Shown one piece after another: positions 45,161 to 57,817 of a stretch of DNA of 64,000 nt (positions are counted from its first letter, which is position 1; each line of letters starts with the position of its first letter). The translations under genes and the position numbers were made by a program. Below the pieces are notes generated by a model, which saw nothing but the letters and a program-made list of their open reading frames with translations, did no database searches and was not told where the DNA came from. The stretch comes from the human T2T-CHM13v2.0 reference genome, Homo sapiens. Where the stretch lies: NCBI RefSeq assembly GCF_009914755.1, contig NC_060934.1; one strand, given 5' to 3'.

Positions 45161-46909
45161 CCACCCAAAGATACCTGCTGGGGAGCTACTTAAAATACTA
45201 ATCTTTAAACTATTATTAAAATGTATTATGAAGGAGAAATTTGTACTCCCTAGTACAAATTTTGCATCAGGGAAAATATTGTACTGATTCGAAGGAACAT
45301 TTTGGTATACCACTTGAAGGTGGAATTCGACTTCTAAAAGTCAAGAATGAATCACAACTAACCATTTTTTTAAGGTGAGTGTGACTGGTTTCCTGAAAAA
45401 TGTTTTGTTCTCTTGAGAGGGGATATTAGCGTAGAAGGGAACTGATCAGAAAAATAAGAGGCAGAGTAGCCTCCCAGGTGTCCTCTTTAGTGATCACTAC
45501 TCCATTTGGTAAGCCATTCAATTCTAATTAAGTAAATATAAATACATATACACAGAAACAAACAATATTGGTTTAAATAATCTCTTCTTATGATCGGGTC
45601 CTTTCACCTATCTGCCTAGGTCTGGCCCTTCTCGCTTTTGCTCTGAAAGTTTTCCTACGCTCTGGATATGCTGGACACTCACATTGCTGTGCCTTTACCC
45701 ACGTTGTTTTCTGTGTCATGAATGACCATCCACTTTCTCACTCCCTGTCCTCCATTCCTGAGAATATTCTCATCGTTAGTAACTGAGCTTAAAGAGTATC
45801 AGCCTTTCCTTATAGCCCCAGGTACTGAATACCTCTTTGTGTTGTATCCTCCATGTATTTGTTCACACCATTTTATTTTTATTACCTATCATTTTTAATG
45901 TTATATATATTTTTTCGCAAGTCTATTTTCAATAATAGTCTGAGTTACTCCAGAGCAAGAATTCTTCACTTATTTTCATTTTCTTAGTGCTTATCTAGTC
46001 TCTCCGCATTGTCTAAGTGATCAAATAATGTTTTTTGAATTAACTGAATTAGTTTCTGTTACTTTTTAAATTTTACAAAGGAGGTTCTAGCCTTGATTGA
46101 GTCACTGACCCATTCAGTAACTTAAAAAGTAATGAGAATGGCAGGGCATGCCCATACACATTGGAGCGCTATGTGAAAAATCAAATAAGTTAATAAATAA
46201 AAAATGATACATTATAGTAAAGCACTGTACCAACTTATGTTATCTAGCATTAAACATCATTTTATCACATAAGATTATTTGTTAAATGGAGTGGAATGAA
46301 TCAGTAGTAGATCAAGATCTGTGCAAAAAAAAAAAAAAAATCACATTAATGTGAAAGTCCAAGGTGTTTAGTTACTGGTCCATGTTCCCTGACCAGAGAG
46401 TGATTGGCAAAGACTGCATCATGAAACACCTCCTCTTCTAAGGAAATCTCCAAAAGTTTAGCATTCTAAGTCAGCAAGCACATAAGTCCAGAATAGCAAA
46501 GCAATTGTCCAGCGCCTTACCAGTCTCTAAGATACTTGTGGACATGGAAAGAAATCTGGGACATGGATACTCATACTGTTGAGAATGGATAACAGCACAG
46601 AAAGAAAATTAAAATGTCATTGAGACAGACCTTGGCAGGATTCTTCAATTACAGTGCTCTCTTGATATGGAATACAAAGGGCAACCATTACAAGGTCCTA
46701 AATGATACACTCCCCACCTGCAAATGCAAGGTGTCTACTGTATCACTTAGGATCTTGTAGTGGCTGCCTCTTTGTATTACTTGTCACCACACTCTATTCC
46801 TCCAAGAAACAATAACAAAATTAAACAAATGAGTCTACAAACTTGTTTCAGCTAACACCTGTTTCACTAAATATTCTAAATAGAGCCCCCTGGTAGTAAA
46901 TACCTATTG

Positions 46910-47378
46910 ACTTTGTCCAACACACATTACTTTGTTAAATATCTTTGATTTTCAGAACCCATCCATCCTCCAATCTCAGTTCATGTTGTTTGAGTGAGAC
47001 TGACCACCGGGGGTAGATATGTGACTCTAGCCATCCTCTTGCCACACAAAGTGTTTCTTGTGTGGGCATGTGACCTAAGTTGGGTGATGAGAATCTTACC
47101 TAATCCAGTCGAACCATTGCAAAACAGAGACTGCTTGTTTCTAGGGTTGCCAAGTAGGTAGGTGTTAGGTCTGAGGCTACTGATGACTATTTTTCTTCTA
47201 CATGTAAAGAGCTTGCTTTAGGATTAAATCAACATTAAGGAAGCAAGGAAAGAGACAGAAGGAGTAATATTTCTAATGACAGTGTCTCATTGTTTATAAA
47301 CAATGAGCCACTTTTCCACTTAATCTAATTGTTCTTAGTTTTCTGTTTCTTGAAACCAAAAGATTCTTGAATAATACA
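46910..47378 (+). mobile_element. Old MaLR LTR (MLT1J/K/L-like)
   Basis: gggcatgtgacctaag and ttttctgtttcttgaaaccaaaagattcttgaataataca end motif. Confidence 0.65.
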
Positions 47379-48289
47379 TCTCTAGAAGTCCTGCATTGTG
47401 TCCTCTCTCCAGAGCTGTGTTCACTCTGCCCCATTCACATGATGTATCCTTTCATCAAGTCCCTGATTAAGGCTTGCCTTCTCCAAGAAGTCACTTCCCA
47501 ACCAGAGACAGTGATGGCCTTTTCCTCTGGTCTCTCAGACCACTAGTGATCTGACCCTTTCAGATGTACTTACTGTGGGTTTCAAGATTTTGGAGACATT
47601 CCTCTGTAATTGGGGTGTCAGTGAGAGAGCTATCCCCAAATCCTCATGCCCTACACTGCAACCCATCCACATCCCACTCTTCAGAGGTCTATGTTAACGT
47701 GGCTGATGAAAATATCCTAAAACACTGCATTTGGACATTCTTCACCCTTCCCGTGGTCTCTGCACATCAGAGAACTCAATTTCTCCTGAGCCGCTTGGCT
47801 TCCATCTTGGGATCTGCACATGGTGTTTATGTGTATCTCCTTTTTAAAGCTCTTGTTTCTTCTTTATGAATATTGCCTAGATGCCAAGGATTTGAAAGTT
47901 AAGAAGCATAAGATTGTGTCATCAGAACAGAGTATGCCACAGAGTGAAGATTTCCAGCATCTTACTGGTCTCTCTATATCTTTTTCCTCTCCCCTACTCG
48001 ATATTTATCTGTCTTCACCCTATTTCCAAGAAGCAAAATGAACCCTGTTTATTTCTCCATCTTCTTGGTTTAGTGAGCATCTTTATTGCTTTATCTGACT
48101 ATATGAAATTCTCAAGTCCTTGTCAAGCATATCTTCTAAATTAATCTTTGCTCTTCCTGAGAATTCCAATATTTATGATTACATCCATCTCACTCCTCTT
48201 TAAGCATGCATTGTTTTACCAACTTGATGCTAAGACCTTTATAAATAATGCAGTAAGGAGTCAAAGAATCTATCTTTGTGAATAATTTT

Positions 48290-48460
48290 TCAGTATTTGA
48301 ATCCTAGTTCTACTGCTTTCCAACTCTGCAATCTTTAGCAAGTTAAGTCTCTAACCCTGTAAATCTTCATCTATTGGGATAATAAAATTTACCTCAAAGA
48401 TGGAATAATGCACATTAAATGCCCTGCACATAGTGGGACCTCAATATATGTTAGTTTCCT
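48290..48460 (+). mobile_element. MIR
   Basis: ttgaatcctagttctactgc...ctttagcaagtta...cacatagtgggacctcaatatatgttag. Confidence 0.7.
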
Positions 48461-49443
48461 AATCTACCTGCAGTATGCATTTAACACTTAACATATGTCT
48501 TGGCATAGTTTCTTAATAAATAACTAATGGTGTAATGATAGTGGTGCTCTGGCATTACAGCATAATACTGCACTCCTGATGAAAACTGGGCTCCCACACA
48601 TATTGTGACTTTGATATGTCCCTGAAGCACGGCCTACCATTTTTATTTCCTAATAAGTTATCTGTCCTTTCATAGAGCATACTTATGGGTTGCTTTAAAT
48701 TTAGTACTTTCTAGTCTTTGCCAAAATCCATGATTCACAAACATAAATAAGATTATCAGAACAAAAACTAAGACATGGGTGCATGGGTGCATACGCACAT
48801 GTGTATATTTAGAAACTGGAAAAACTAAAATGAAGATAGCCTTTTTGGGACAAAATATCCCTTCATTAGAAATATTAAAAATACATAAGAAAATATCTCT
48901 TCATTAAAAATACTAGAAGTGCATAATTTTTATAAGCATACCCACAAGAATTACTACCTATCCCATTACCCAGTGAAATTGCTCCATATTGCCAAAGATA
49001 ATACAATTAATACTAGTGCCCAGAGAGGCAGGTGGCACATCTCTAATTCTTACTAACACTGAGTGTTCCAAATAAAATATCGCTTCAAAACTCAAACCTT
49101 CATTATATTATCTAATGTAAAGGGAACAGTGGCAGTCACAGGCAAAGACAAAATTTCAAGAAACATAGTGCAACTGCAAGCTTAGAACCGACATCACCAG
49201 TGTTGTTTCTGAATACTGTAATCAAGTTGTACTTCATTTTACTTCCGTGAAAAAGATGTGGTCAAAAAATATATATGCACTGAGGCTTGGTGTTACTAAG
49301 AAAAGAAGAAATACTTCAGTAGGCAACTGTCTTTAAATGAATATAATTAGCTCAATTTAAGAAATTGACCATTGTTTTGAAACATTACATACAAAGGCTA
49401 TTTGTATAAACTGCAAAGAGAAGTCTGTCTCTCCCTGTTTTAA

Positions 49444-49622
49444 ACACACACACACACACAGAGGCAGAAGGAAAGAAAGAAGAGAGAGAGAGAGAAAGAA
49501 AAGAGAATACAAGAGAAGAGAAGAGAAGAGAAGAGAAGAGAAGAAAAGAAACGAAACGAAAGAAAGAGAAAGAAGGAAGGGAGGGAAAGGGAAGGGGAGG
49601 GGAGGGGAGGGAAGAAGGGAAA
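49444..49622. repeat. (CA)n followed by a compound polypurine tract (GA/GAAGA/GGAGG)
   Basis: Read directly from the sequence. Confidence 0.95.
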
Positions 49623-49635
49623 TGTTTCAAGCTAT

Positions 49636-50490
49636 TGTAGATTAATTTTAAAAATGTACCCAATTTTTTATGCCTCCCTGTATACAAATCCTTTGCAGTA
49701 TGACCTTGTAGCTTCTCCCATTAAAAGCTGGAATCAATTGCACCACACTTTAATCCTGGTGGGCTTTAGTTGCTTTGGCCAATAAATTGAGGTGTAAGTG
49801 ACATTGTGTCTGTTCTAACGAAGGCTGCAAAAGGAATATTGGTTAGTTCTCACTGTTTAACATACCACTCACAACCCAGTATCTTAGAACAATTAGCATT
49901 TTTTGTTGCTTGGAAATCTATGGATGAGTTGAGTGGTTCTGCCAATTTGGGCCATGTGTGGCTGATCCTGGCAGGGCCTGCTCATCATCCAGCAGGCAAA
50001 CCCATATCTTTTCACATGGTGGTAGCAATTTCAAAGCGAGTCAGGAGAAGTGTGACAGGCCTCTTAATCTTTAGACATGGAACCAGCACATTTATTCTTT
50101 CTGTTTTCCAACACAATTCAAAGAGTCAGCATAGATTCAAGGGACTGGGAAACAGATTCTACTTCTTGATGGAAGGAGCTACAAATTAACATTTTAAAGG
50201 TAGTAAATATGTATAAATAGATAACTGAGGACATTTTAATAATCTAACACAACAGACTCTGAACACTCTTTTAACCCTTTTGAAATCCTACTTCCATTAT
50301 AAGAACAACCCCAGTCAGGCGCCAGCCAACTTTCAAACTTGTGAGTAAGACCGTCCTGGAGCAACCGACCTCAAGATGACTAGTCAGCTGACAAAAGATG
50401 CAGGAAGAAAACAAGGAAAGCTCAAAACCACTCATCTAAGCCAGCTCGAATTGCTGCGCACAGAATACTGAGCTAAATAAATAAATAAAA
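49636..50490 (+). mobile_element. MLT1 (G/H-like) LTR interrupted by a second MLT1
   Basis: 5' part cctttgcagtatgaccttgtagcttctccc...gctttggccaat; 3' part gtgagtaagacc...cacagaatactgagctaaataaa. Confidence 0.7.
49835..50251 (-). mobile_element. MLT1 (H-like) LTR, antisense, nested
   Basis: agattcaagggactgggaaacagattctacttcttgatggaaggagct...aatctaacaca. Confidence 0.7.
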
Positions 50491-51234
50491 CTAAAAGTCA
50501 ACCAAATCTTGGGAAAGTATATAAAGTAGAAGCATTAAGGTGTCAACAAGTCACTGGTACGTGGCTTTCATTTGATAGATGTGCCTGCTTTTATGATTAA
50601 TCAGCAAGGAAGGAGCAAAGTGGACATAAAACACAATATTAGTCTCATGCTGCTGACAATCTTGCTAGTAAGACAAAGGCTCAGGCATCATCTACCATTT
50701 CTGGTGCTATGTTTAATATATGTTTATATCTGCATGTATTAAACTGCTTTCTAGGAAGCTCATAACATTTTTTATGTGTTAATATCTTTTTTAAAAATGT
50801 ACTCTCTTCAAATATTTAACTAAATGTAGCATTTTCGCATACTGAATTCAGCCATCTGATAATGTTATGCATGATCCAAACCACGTTATTTTTATTTGCT
50901 CATTTCTATAATCATTCATTAAACCACAACCCCACTGTGGGCTCCAACTATATGTAAATTGTGTGGAAAATTTTAGATATATAGTAGTCACGTATATATA
51001 AGAATTGGCTTCAAGAGTCTTCCAGAACTGATAGATAGATAAAGAAATAGAGAAGCAAATAGAGAATTGCATACTATGCTGTCAGCATTGGAATGGGTTT
51101 ATAGGAAAGTTTTTTGGGTCTAATATATGGAGAAATTAATACTGTCTTGGTGCAGTTGTGGTTGGCAATATCCTCCAATGGCCAATTTTATAAAAATGGT
51201 CAAAAAGCAGAGGGTTATGGGGGGAAGAAAACAT

Positions 51235-51380
51235 TTAGGATTTTGTTAAAAATATCAATTGTAGGGCTCTAAAAACAGACTTGATGTATCAGAATCTCTG
51301 TGGCCAGAGCTGAGTGACCTACATTTTAAAGAGTATCCCAGGTGATTCTCCTGCCCAGTGAAGTCTGAGAGCCACCACTG
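51235..51380. mobile_element. MER5-type hAT MITE fragment
   Basis: atcagaatctctg...cattttaaagagtatcccaggtgattct...aagtctgagagccaccactg. Confidence 0.7.
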
Positions 51381-51594
51381 CAGATTAATTGACATATGTT
51401 TGGAGACATGGATAACCAGTATTGCTAAGTTTGATTCTTACTTCCTCTTTAATGTGTTTAATACATGGACATTAATTTTTGAAAATGCAATTCAGTGGGA
51501 GAGATTTCTGAGACAGCATTAAAATGTAAGTCCTTGACAGACTGATTATTTTAACTGTGATTAGTAACAAATTACTTGCAGCCCACTCCATAAC

Positions 51595-51865
51595 TGATGA
51601 AAACACAGGATGCTGAATTAAGAGTTCCTGTGTGAAATCCTGGCTCTGCTCCTTACGATCTGGGTAGGCTGAAATAAAAAACCTAGTTTTTCTCTGTCTT
51701 AGTTACCTTTATATGATGTGAAATAGGGATTTTAGTGACCTATCTACCTTATGGGTATCTGTGTGGGCAAAATAAGTTATTATATGTAAATTACTTGATA
51801 TATAAGTTAATATATGTAAAGAATTTGGCACATAGCAAGGGCAAAAAAAAGTGTTAGGTATTATC
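51595..51865 (+). mobile_element. MIR
   Basis: aatcctggctctgctccttac...gtgaaataggg...ttggcacatag. Confidence 0.7.
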
Positions 51866-52305
51866 TTTAATCTCAGTCTCTCAATCCTTTCCCTCTCTAG
51901 GCCTAGCCTAACGTCACTACCTCACGCTTTCTTCCACATCATTTCTCTGTTGTCTTTTCTGATGTTTTCCTGGACAGGCACATGAGACAGAGGTGTCTGA
52001 TCTCCACAGGAGGGTTGCACTGTGAAGAGATTTTTTTCTAATGAAAGCATGGCTTTCATCCAGGGTCACATGATCCTTAGGAGAACCAGCCACTCTGCCC
52101 TTACAACAGAAATCTAGAAACCTGGTATTTCATTTTCACCTCTTACAACCAGCAAATAATTCCTCTCCCTCCGTCGTCAGCAGCACAACCCTTAGTTCTT
52201 CAAAATGAAGTTATTTGGATGTGAGGATTTGCTGAGAGTATGAATATTAGGCAGTTGGCATTTACTCTCAGATCTTTTATCTTCAGATGTGCTGTGTGAA
52301 AATTA

Positions 52306-52617
<312 letters not shown>

Positions 52618-52959
52618 GATTGTTACAATGCCTCTTCCTCCGCTCTCCTCTGTGTGTCCTACTTATATGCATGTGATGAAATGCGTCTCCAAGGTCATCA
52701 TTAGGGACTACTCGAAGGCCTCTCTCTGCTCTTAGAAATTGCTTATTCTTCACGTCATGTAATATTCTAATAATGTAATTTGAGTCTCACTACATAGACC
52801 ACTTCTCTAAAATTTGGTAAAATTCCAGTGCAATTAGTATACATATTGAATATTTTAAATCCTAAAAAAAGTTAGACAGATTTTTTACAGTTACTTACTT
52901 TAGAAATTAAGCCTCTTTGTTTAGTAAGAACAACTTTTATGGCTATGTTTAAAAGTGAT

Positions 52960-53300
52960 GCATTTATGTATTTGGAACAAGTTGTGTCTCTTATTAATGA
53001 GTTATAATATTTTTAAATATATTATAGGTATGAGTACTTTATCACGTACATGTCTTGCAAATATTTTCTCCTAGCCTGTGTCTTTTTATTAAGAGCATTT
53101 TTTAAAAGCAAAAGTGTTTATAAAATCTTAAAATTGTTGATAAAGTCTTATTTAATGTTTTTTCAATGATTTTTGCCTATGTTCTACATAAGAAATCTTG
53201 GCCTAACCTCAGTTACAAATCTTCTCTCCTATGTTTCTTTTTTTCTGAAAATTTAAAAACTTTAGTTTTTGTATTTAGCTCAATTATCTATTTCAAGTTA
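52960..53300 (-). mobile_element. Old L1M ORF2-distal fragment, antisense
   Basis: ttgcaaatattttctcctagcctgtg...aagaaatcttggcctaacctc...tttctgaaaattt...tatctatttcaagttaa. Confidence 0.7.
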
Positions 53301-54165
53301 AAATGTGCAAAATATTTGAACAGATGCTTCACTAATAATATGCAAATGAAAAATAAGCAAAGATACATAATACTAGACATTAGGGAAATTACATGAAAAC
53401 TGTGATGATATGATATTGTACCCCTAGTCCAATAGCTAAAGTTCAAGAGTCTGATAATATTAAGTGTTGATAAAAAAAAAAACAGAGTAAATGAAACTTT
53501 CATACATTAATGATGGGAAATCAAAATACTATAGTAATAATCACCTTGGAAAACAGTTTTGCAGTTGTTTATAAAGTTGATCACAAACTTATTGCATGAT
53601 CCAGCAATTCTGCTCCTAGGTAATTATGTAAGAAAAACAAATAACAGCAACAAAAACAACAAAAAGCTATGTCCACATAGAGACTTATAAAAGAATGGTA
53701 ATAGTAGCTTTATCTGTAATGACCCCAAACTGCAAAGAACCCAAGTATCCTTCAACTTGATAAATAAATAAAAAATAATGATGGATTTATAGAGACACAC
53801 TGCTCAGCAATAAAAATAAACTAACTATTGTTACATGAAATAACATGGATAAACCTCAAAAGCAGTATGCTAAGTGAGAAAAACTGGAGGCAAAAGACTA
53901 CCTACTATATGATTCCACTTATATGAACTTCCAGAAGAGATAAAACTATAGTGACAGAAAACAGCTATGACATTTTTCGCATCTAAGGGCAGAGGGAAAC
54001 GTTGACTGTGACAGGGCTAAGGGTATTTTTTGTAGTGGTGGGATTATTATTTTTCTTTATTGTGGCAATAGTTACATAATCATATTTATTGCCAAAAGGC
54101 ATTAAAGTGTACACAAAACTGGTGAATTTTAGTGTATGTAAATTATACTTTGACAAGCCAGTTTT
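53301..54165 (+). mobile_element. Old L1M (L1MB/MC-like) 3' end
   Basis: aatgtgcaaaatatttgaacaga...gatccagcaattctgctcctagg...aacatggataaacctcaaaagc...tgtatgtaaattatac. Confidence 0.8.
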
Positions 54166-54516
54166 ACAATGCAGTTAAGTAATTGTCATTAAATTGGAAA
54201 ACAGAGTGACTTACAAAGTCTCATTTGCCCTTCCCTAAGAATAAATGAGTTAAATGTCTTCTGTGTATGTAGAAATTTTATGGCATTTACATTGTGCTAG
54301 AGGAACCATATCAAAGCTTTTAGCTCAGTGTTAACACTGACGGTTTTAACTGCCTCCCTTCTTATTGTAGCATACATTGTTTACAGATCACAAGGAAACT
54401 AAGAGCATAGTTATTTGCAATTTTTAAGGTATTTAAAACCATTTCACCTGTCCTCTAATTTCAAAGACTTTTTAAGTGGCTGCAGCACTTTTCTCTGGGG
54501 GAGTTGGGATTGGTTA

Positions 54517-55127
54517 TTTTTTTTTTCTTTTTTTTTTATTATGCTTTAAGTTTTAAGGTACATGTGCACAACGTGCAGGTTTGTTACATGTATATACATG
54601 TGCCATGTTGGTGTGCTGCACCCATTAAGTCGTCATTTACATTAGGTATATCTCCTAATGCTATCCCTCCCCCCTACCCCCACCCCACAACAGGCCGCGG
54701 CGTGTGATGTTCCCTTTCCTGTGTCCAAGTGTTCTCATTGTTCAGTTCCTACCTATGAGTGAGAACATGCGGTGTTTGGTTTTTTGTCCTTGCAATAGTT
54801 TGCTGAGAATGATGGTTTCCAGCTTCATCCATGTCCCTACAAAGGACATGAACTCATCATTTTTTATGGCTGCATAGTATTCCATGGTGTATATGTGCCA
54901 CATTTTCTTAATCCAGTCTGTCATTTTTGGACATTTGGGTTGGTTCCAAGTCTTTGCTATTGTGAATAGGACCTCTTCAAGGAGAACTACAAACCACTGC
55001 TCAACGAAATAAAAGAGGATACAAACAAATGGAAGAACATTCCATGCTCATAGGTAGAAGAATCAATATCATGAAAATGGCCATACTGCCCAAGGTAATT
55101 TATAGATTCAATGCCATCCCCATCAAG
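54517..55127 (-). mobile_element. L1PA (approx. PA3-5) with 5' inversion
   Basis: Antisense 3' end at 54517-54969 joined to a sense ORF2 piece at 54968-55127. TSD gggatt(g/a)gttatt on both sides. Confidence 0.93.
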
Positions 55128-55929
55128 GGATTAGTTATTCTTTAATAAAATGCTCAAGGATCAGTTCAAGTAAACCTGTCCTTAGAAATATTATATTTTT
55201 TAATAAATTAAAATATCAGAGTATGATAATCTTTATTAAATTATTATTATCAGTAGTTTCTCTGCTTCTTAAAGCACCTAAAATTTTTTGGAAACAAGGT
55301 GAAGGAAATGAAAGCAAGAGAAATACGTCAGGGATTTCCAAAATATGTAAACTGTTCTCAGAATAGGTAAAATATTCTATGGGGCTACAAAATAACAAGG
55401 AGTTTATAATATGTTTTGGAGATTAAATACTGACAAAATAAAATAATGACATTATGTGTTCAAGAGCTTGTAGTCCCTCAGCTGCCAGGAATTTAAATAT
55501 TAAAACATGACATGGTTCATCACACAACCTGTAGGATTTGAAAAGTTTGTTTAGAAAGAGCAAGCTATCAAGAGCTCGAAGGGGCAGCTACTAAGAAACT
55601 TACAGCACCTCCTTTTCACTGCCATGTGTATAGCAATGATCAAGTGTAAGAAACTGACTACAAGATTTCAGGAAAAGGAGAGAGAAGGACTGGGATAGTC
55701 AGAGACCTTCTTAGGAAACATGGGCTTAAGCTGGACTTTGTTGGATGAACAGGATGTGGATGGGTGAAAGGGAGAACAGAGAGTGCTTGAAACGAGATGG
55801 GATACACTGAGTATAGCGCACGGTGGTGAGTAGTTAGTGATGTGTTCAGTGACCATTGCCAGCATGCCAAGCAGTGTCTCTAGATCATTAAACCAGGAAA
55901 AATGGCTTGAATGAAAATATAAATGATTT

Positions 55930-56980
55930 TTAATGAACATAATGAAAAATTTTTAAAAATTTATCATCGACTCCTGACTGAAAATGATGGCTTTCAAAAG
56001 AATATTTACAAGCAAATTTTTCAGGACTGAATGACATTCAAGTCCAGATTAAAAGCATACACCAACCATTTATAAAAATGAATAAAAGGGATACAAACCA
56101 AGGCACATATTTGTGGAATTTCTGACTGCTAGGGCTGAAGTAAAGATCCACATGCATTGAGACAGCTAGAACAATATGGGAATCAGAAGGCCATCAGCAT
56201 TTTCCCCAAGCAGCACCGAATGCTACAGACAATAGAACCATGTCTATAAAATTTTAGGCAGGGCAATTAATTTCAGCTTATAGTTGAAAGCAGTCTTCTT
56301 ATTGATTGGTTTGTTTTTGTTTTGTTTTTGTTTTTTTGCTTCCAAAGCATCTTTTTCAAGAAACTACCACTGAGGAAGGAATCCCACAGAAAATGGGGTA
56401 AGTTAGCTGACTAAAAGAGAAAGAGAACACACATCTAAAACATAATAGATATGTAACAGATCGAAAAAGAAATTGATAGAGATTTCAATATTTCAATGGA
56501 AAATAGAAACTTTAAAAGAGAGATCTCAGAGAAAATAAAAATTAATCATTTTCAAAATTGTTTGAGCCATTTGGGGAAAAATACTGATAGCCATATAATA
56601 GTAATGATAGAAATAATTTATAATGGATATGCTAAAAACTATACAAGTGACAACAAACAAATATGACCATAGTTTATTATATTATTATTGGATAGTTACT
56701 TAAATAATTTGTATTAAATCTATTGGGAAAATAGGAGAAAAATAGGAACTGGAGATGCAGTATTATGTGATAGTAATATTAATAAACCCCCATCTATCAT
56801 AACAGGATATGAACAGGCATACATTTGTAAAGCAAGAACACCAAGATATAGCATTAGAGATTTATGTCAATAATTAAAACCACGTTTTTTTTCTGGGAAA
56901 CTGAATTTGGGAATTTGAAATAGTGAAAAGCATCAGTCTATTTTATTATAAATATTTTAGTTTGAATTTAAATGTTCATC
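55930..56980 (+). mobile_element. Ancient L1 ORF1-like relic (HAL1/L1ME type)
   Basis: aaccaaggcacatatttgtggaatttc...aaagatcc...gggaatcagaaggccatcagcattt...caatagaaccatgtctataaaattttagg resemble the ORF1 C-terminal region. Confidence 0.55.
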
Positions 56981-57503
56981 TTTAAAATCTTTAAAGCTAT
57001 CATCATTTTAAATTTCTTAACATTTTTCTAATGACAAAGTAAGAGACGTCATCAAATCTTTACAGAAAATTAAATAACTGCCTTTCTAGAACTGGAAAAA
57101 TGAACTACCGATGTTTCCTGTGTTCTGTTCTACGATTTTCATTTGTTACAAAATGTGTTAAATGTTTTGGCAAACCTAAGGAGTAGTTGCTCCTCGGAGG
57201 ACTGGATTGCTTGGTGGTGCCATAACAGGCCAAGTATTTCAGCAAACTTGGTAGAAGAATATTTCCTTAAGGAAAGTAAACTTGACATACTTTTCCTACT
57301 AGCCATTCCATATTTGAATGTTGTTTTAAATATCCTAGACCTATATGACTCTCATATGGAATACTGACTTCTGAGCCACCTTTCACGAGGCTGAGATATG
57401 GTGTAGGGTACTTAGAGGAATAAAAATATCTCTAGATCACTCATTTGTTGAATTGGTCAAAGAAATTAAAATTGCTTCACATGTAAAAGAAAAATCTGTT
57501 GGG

Positions 57504-57817
57504 GGCCGGGCGCGGTGGCTCACACCTGTATTCCCAGCACTTTGGGAGGGCAAGGCGGGCAGATCATGAGGTCAGGAGATCAAGACCATCCTGGCTAACA
57601 CGGTGAAACTCCGTCTCTACTAAAAATACAAAAAAAAAATAAAAATAAAAAAAATAGCCGGGCGTAGTAGTGGGCGCCTGTAGTCCCAGCTACTCAGGAG
57701 GCTGAGGGGGGAGAATGGCGTGAACCCAGAAGGCAGAGCTTGCACTCCAGCCTGGGTGACAGAGCGAGACTCCGTCTCAAAAAAAAAAAAAAAAGAAAAA
57801 GAAAAAAAGAAAAAAAA
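57504..57817 (+). mobile_element. AluY with 24-bp internal deletion
   Basis: ggccgggcgcggtggctc; diagnostics ctggctaacacggtgaaac and gagaatggcgtgaaccc. 19-bp TSD aaaagaaaaatctgttggg. Confidence 0.96.
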
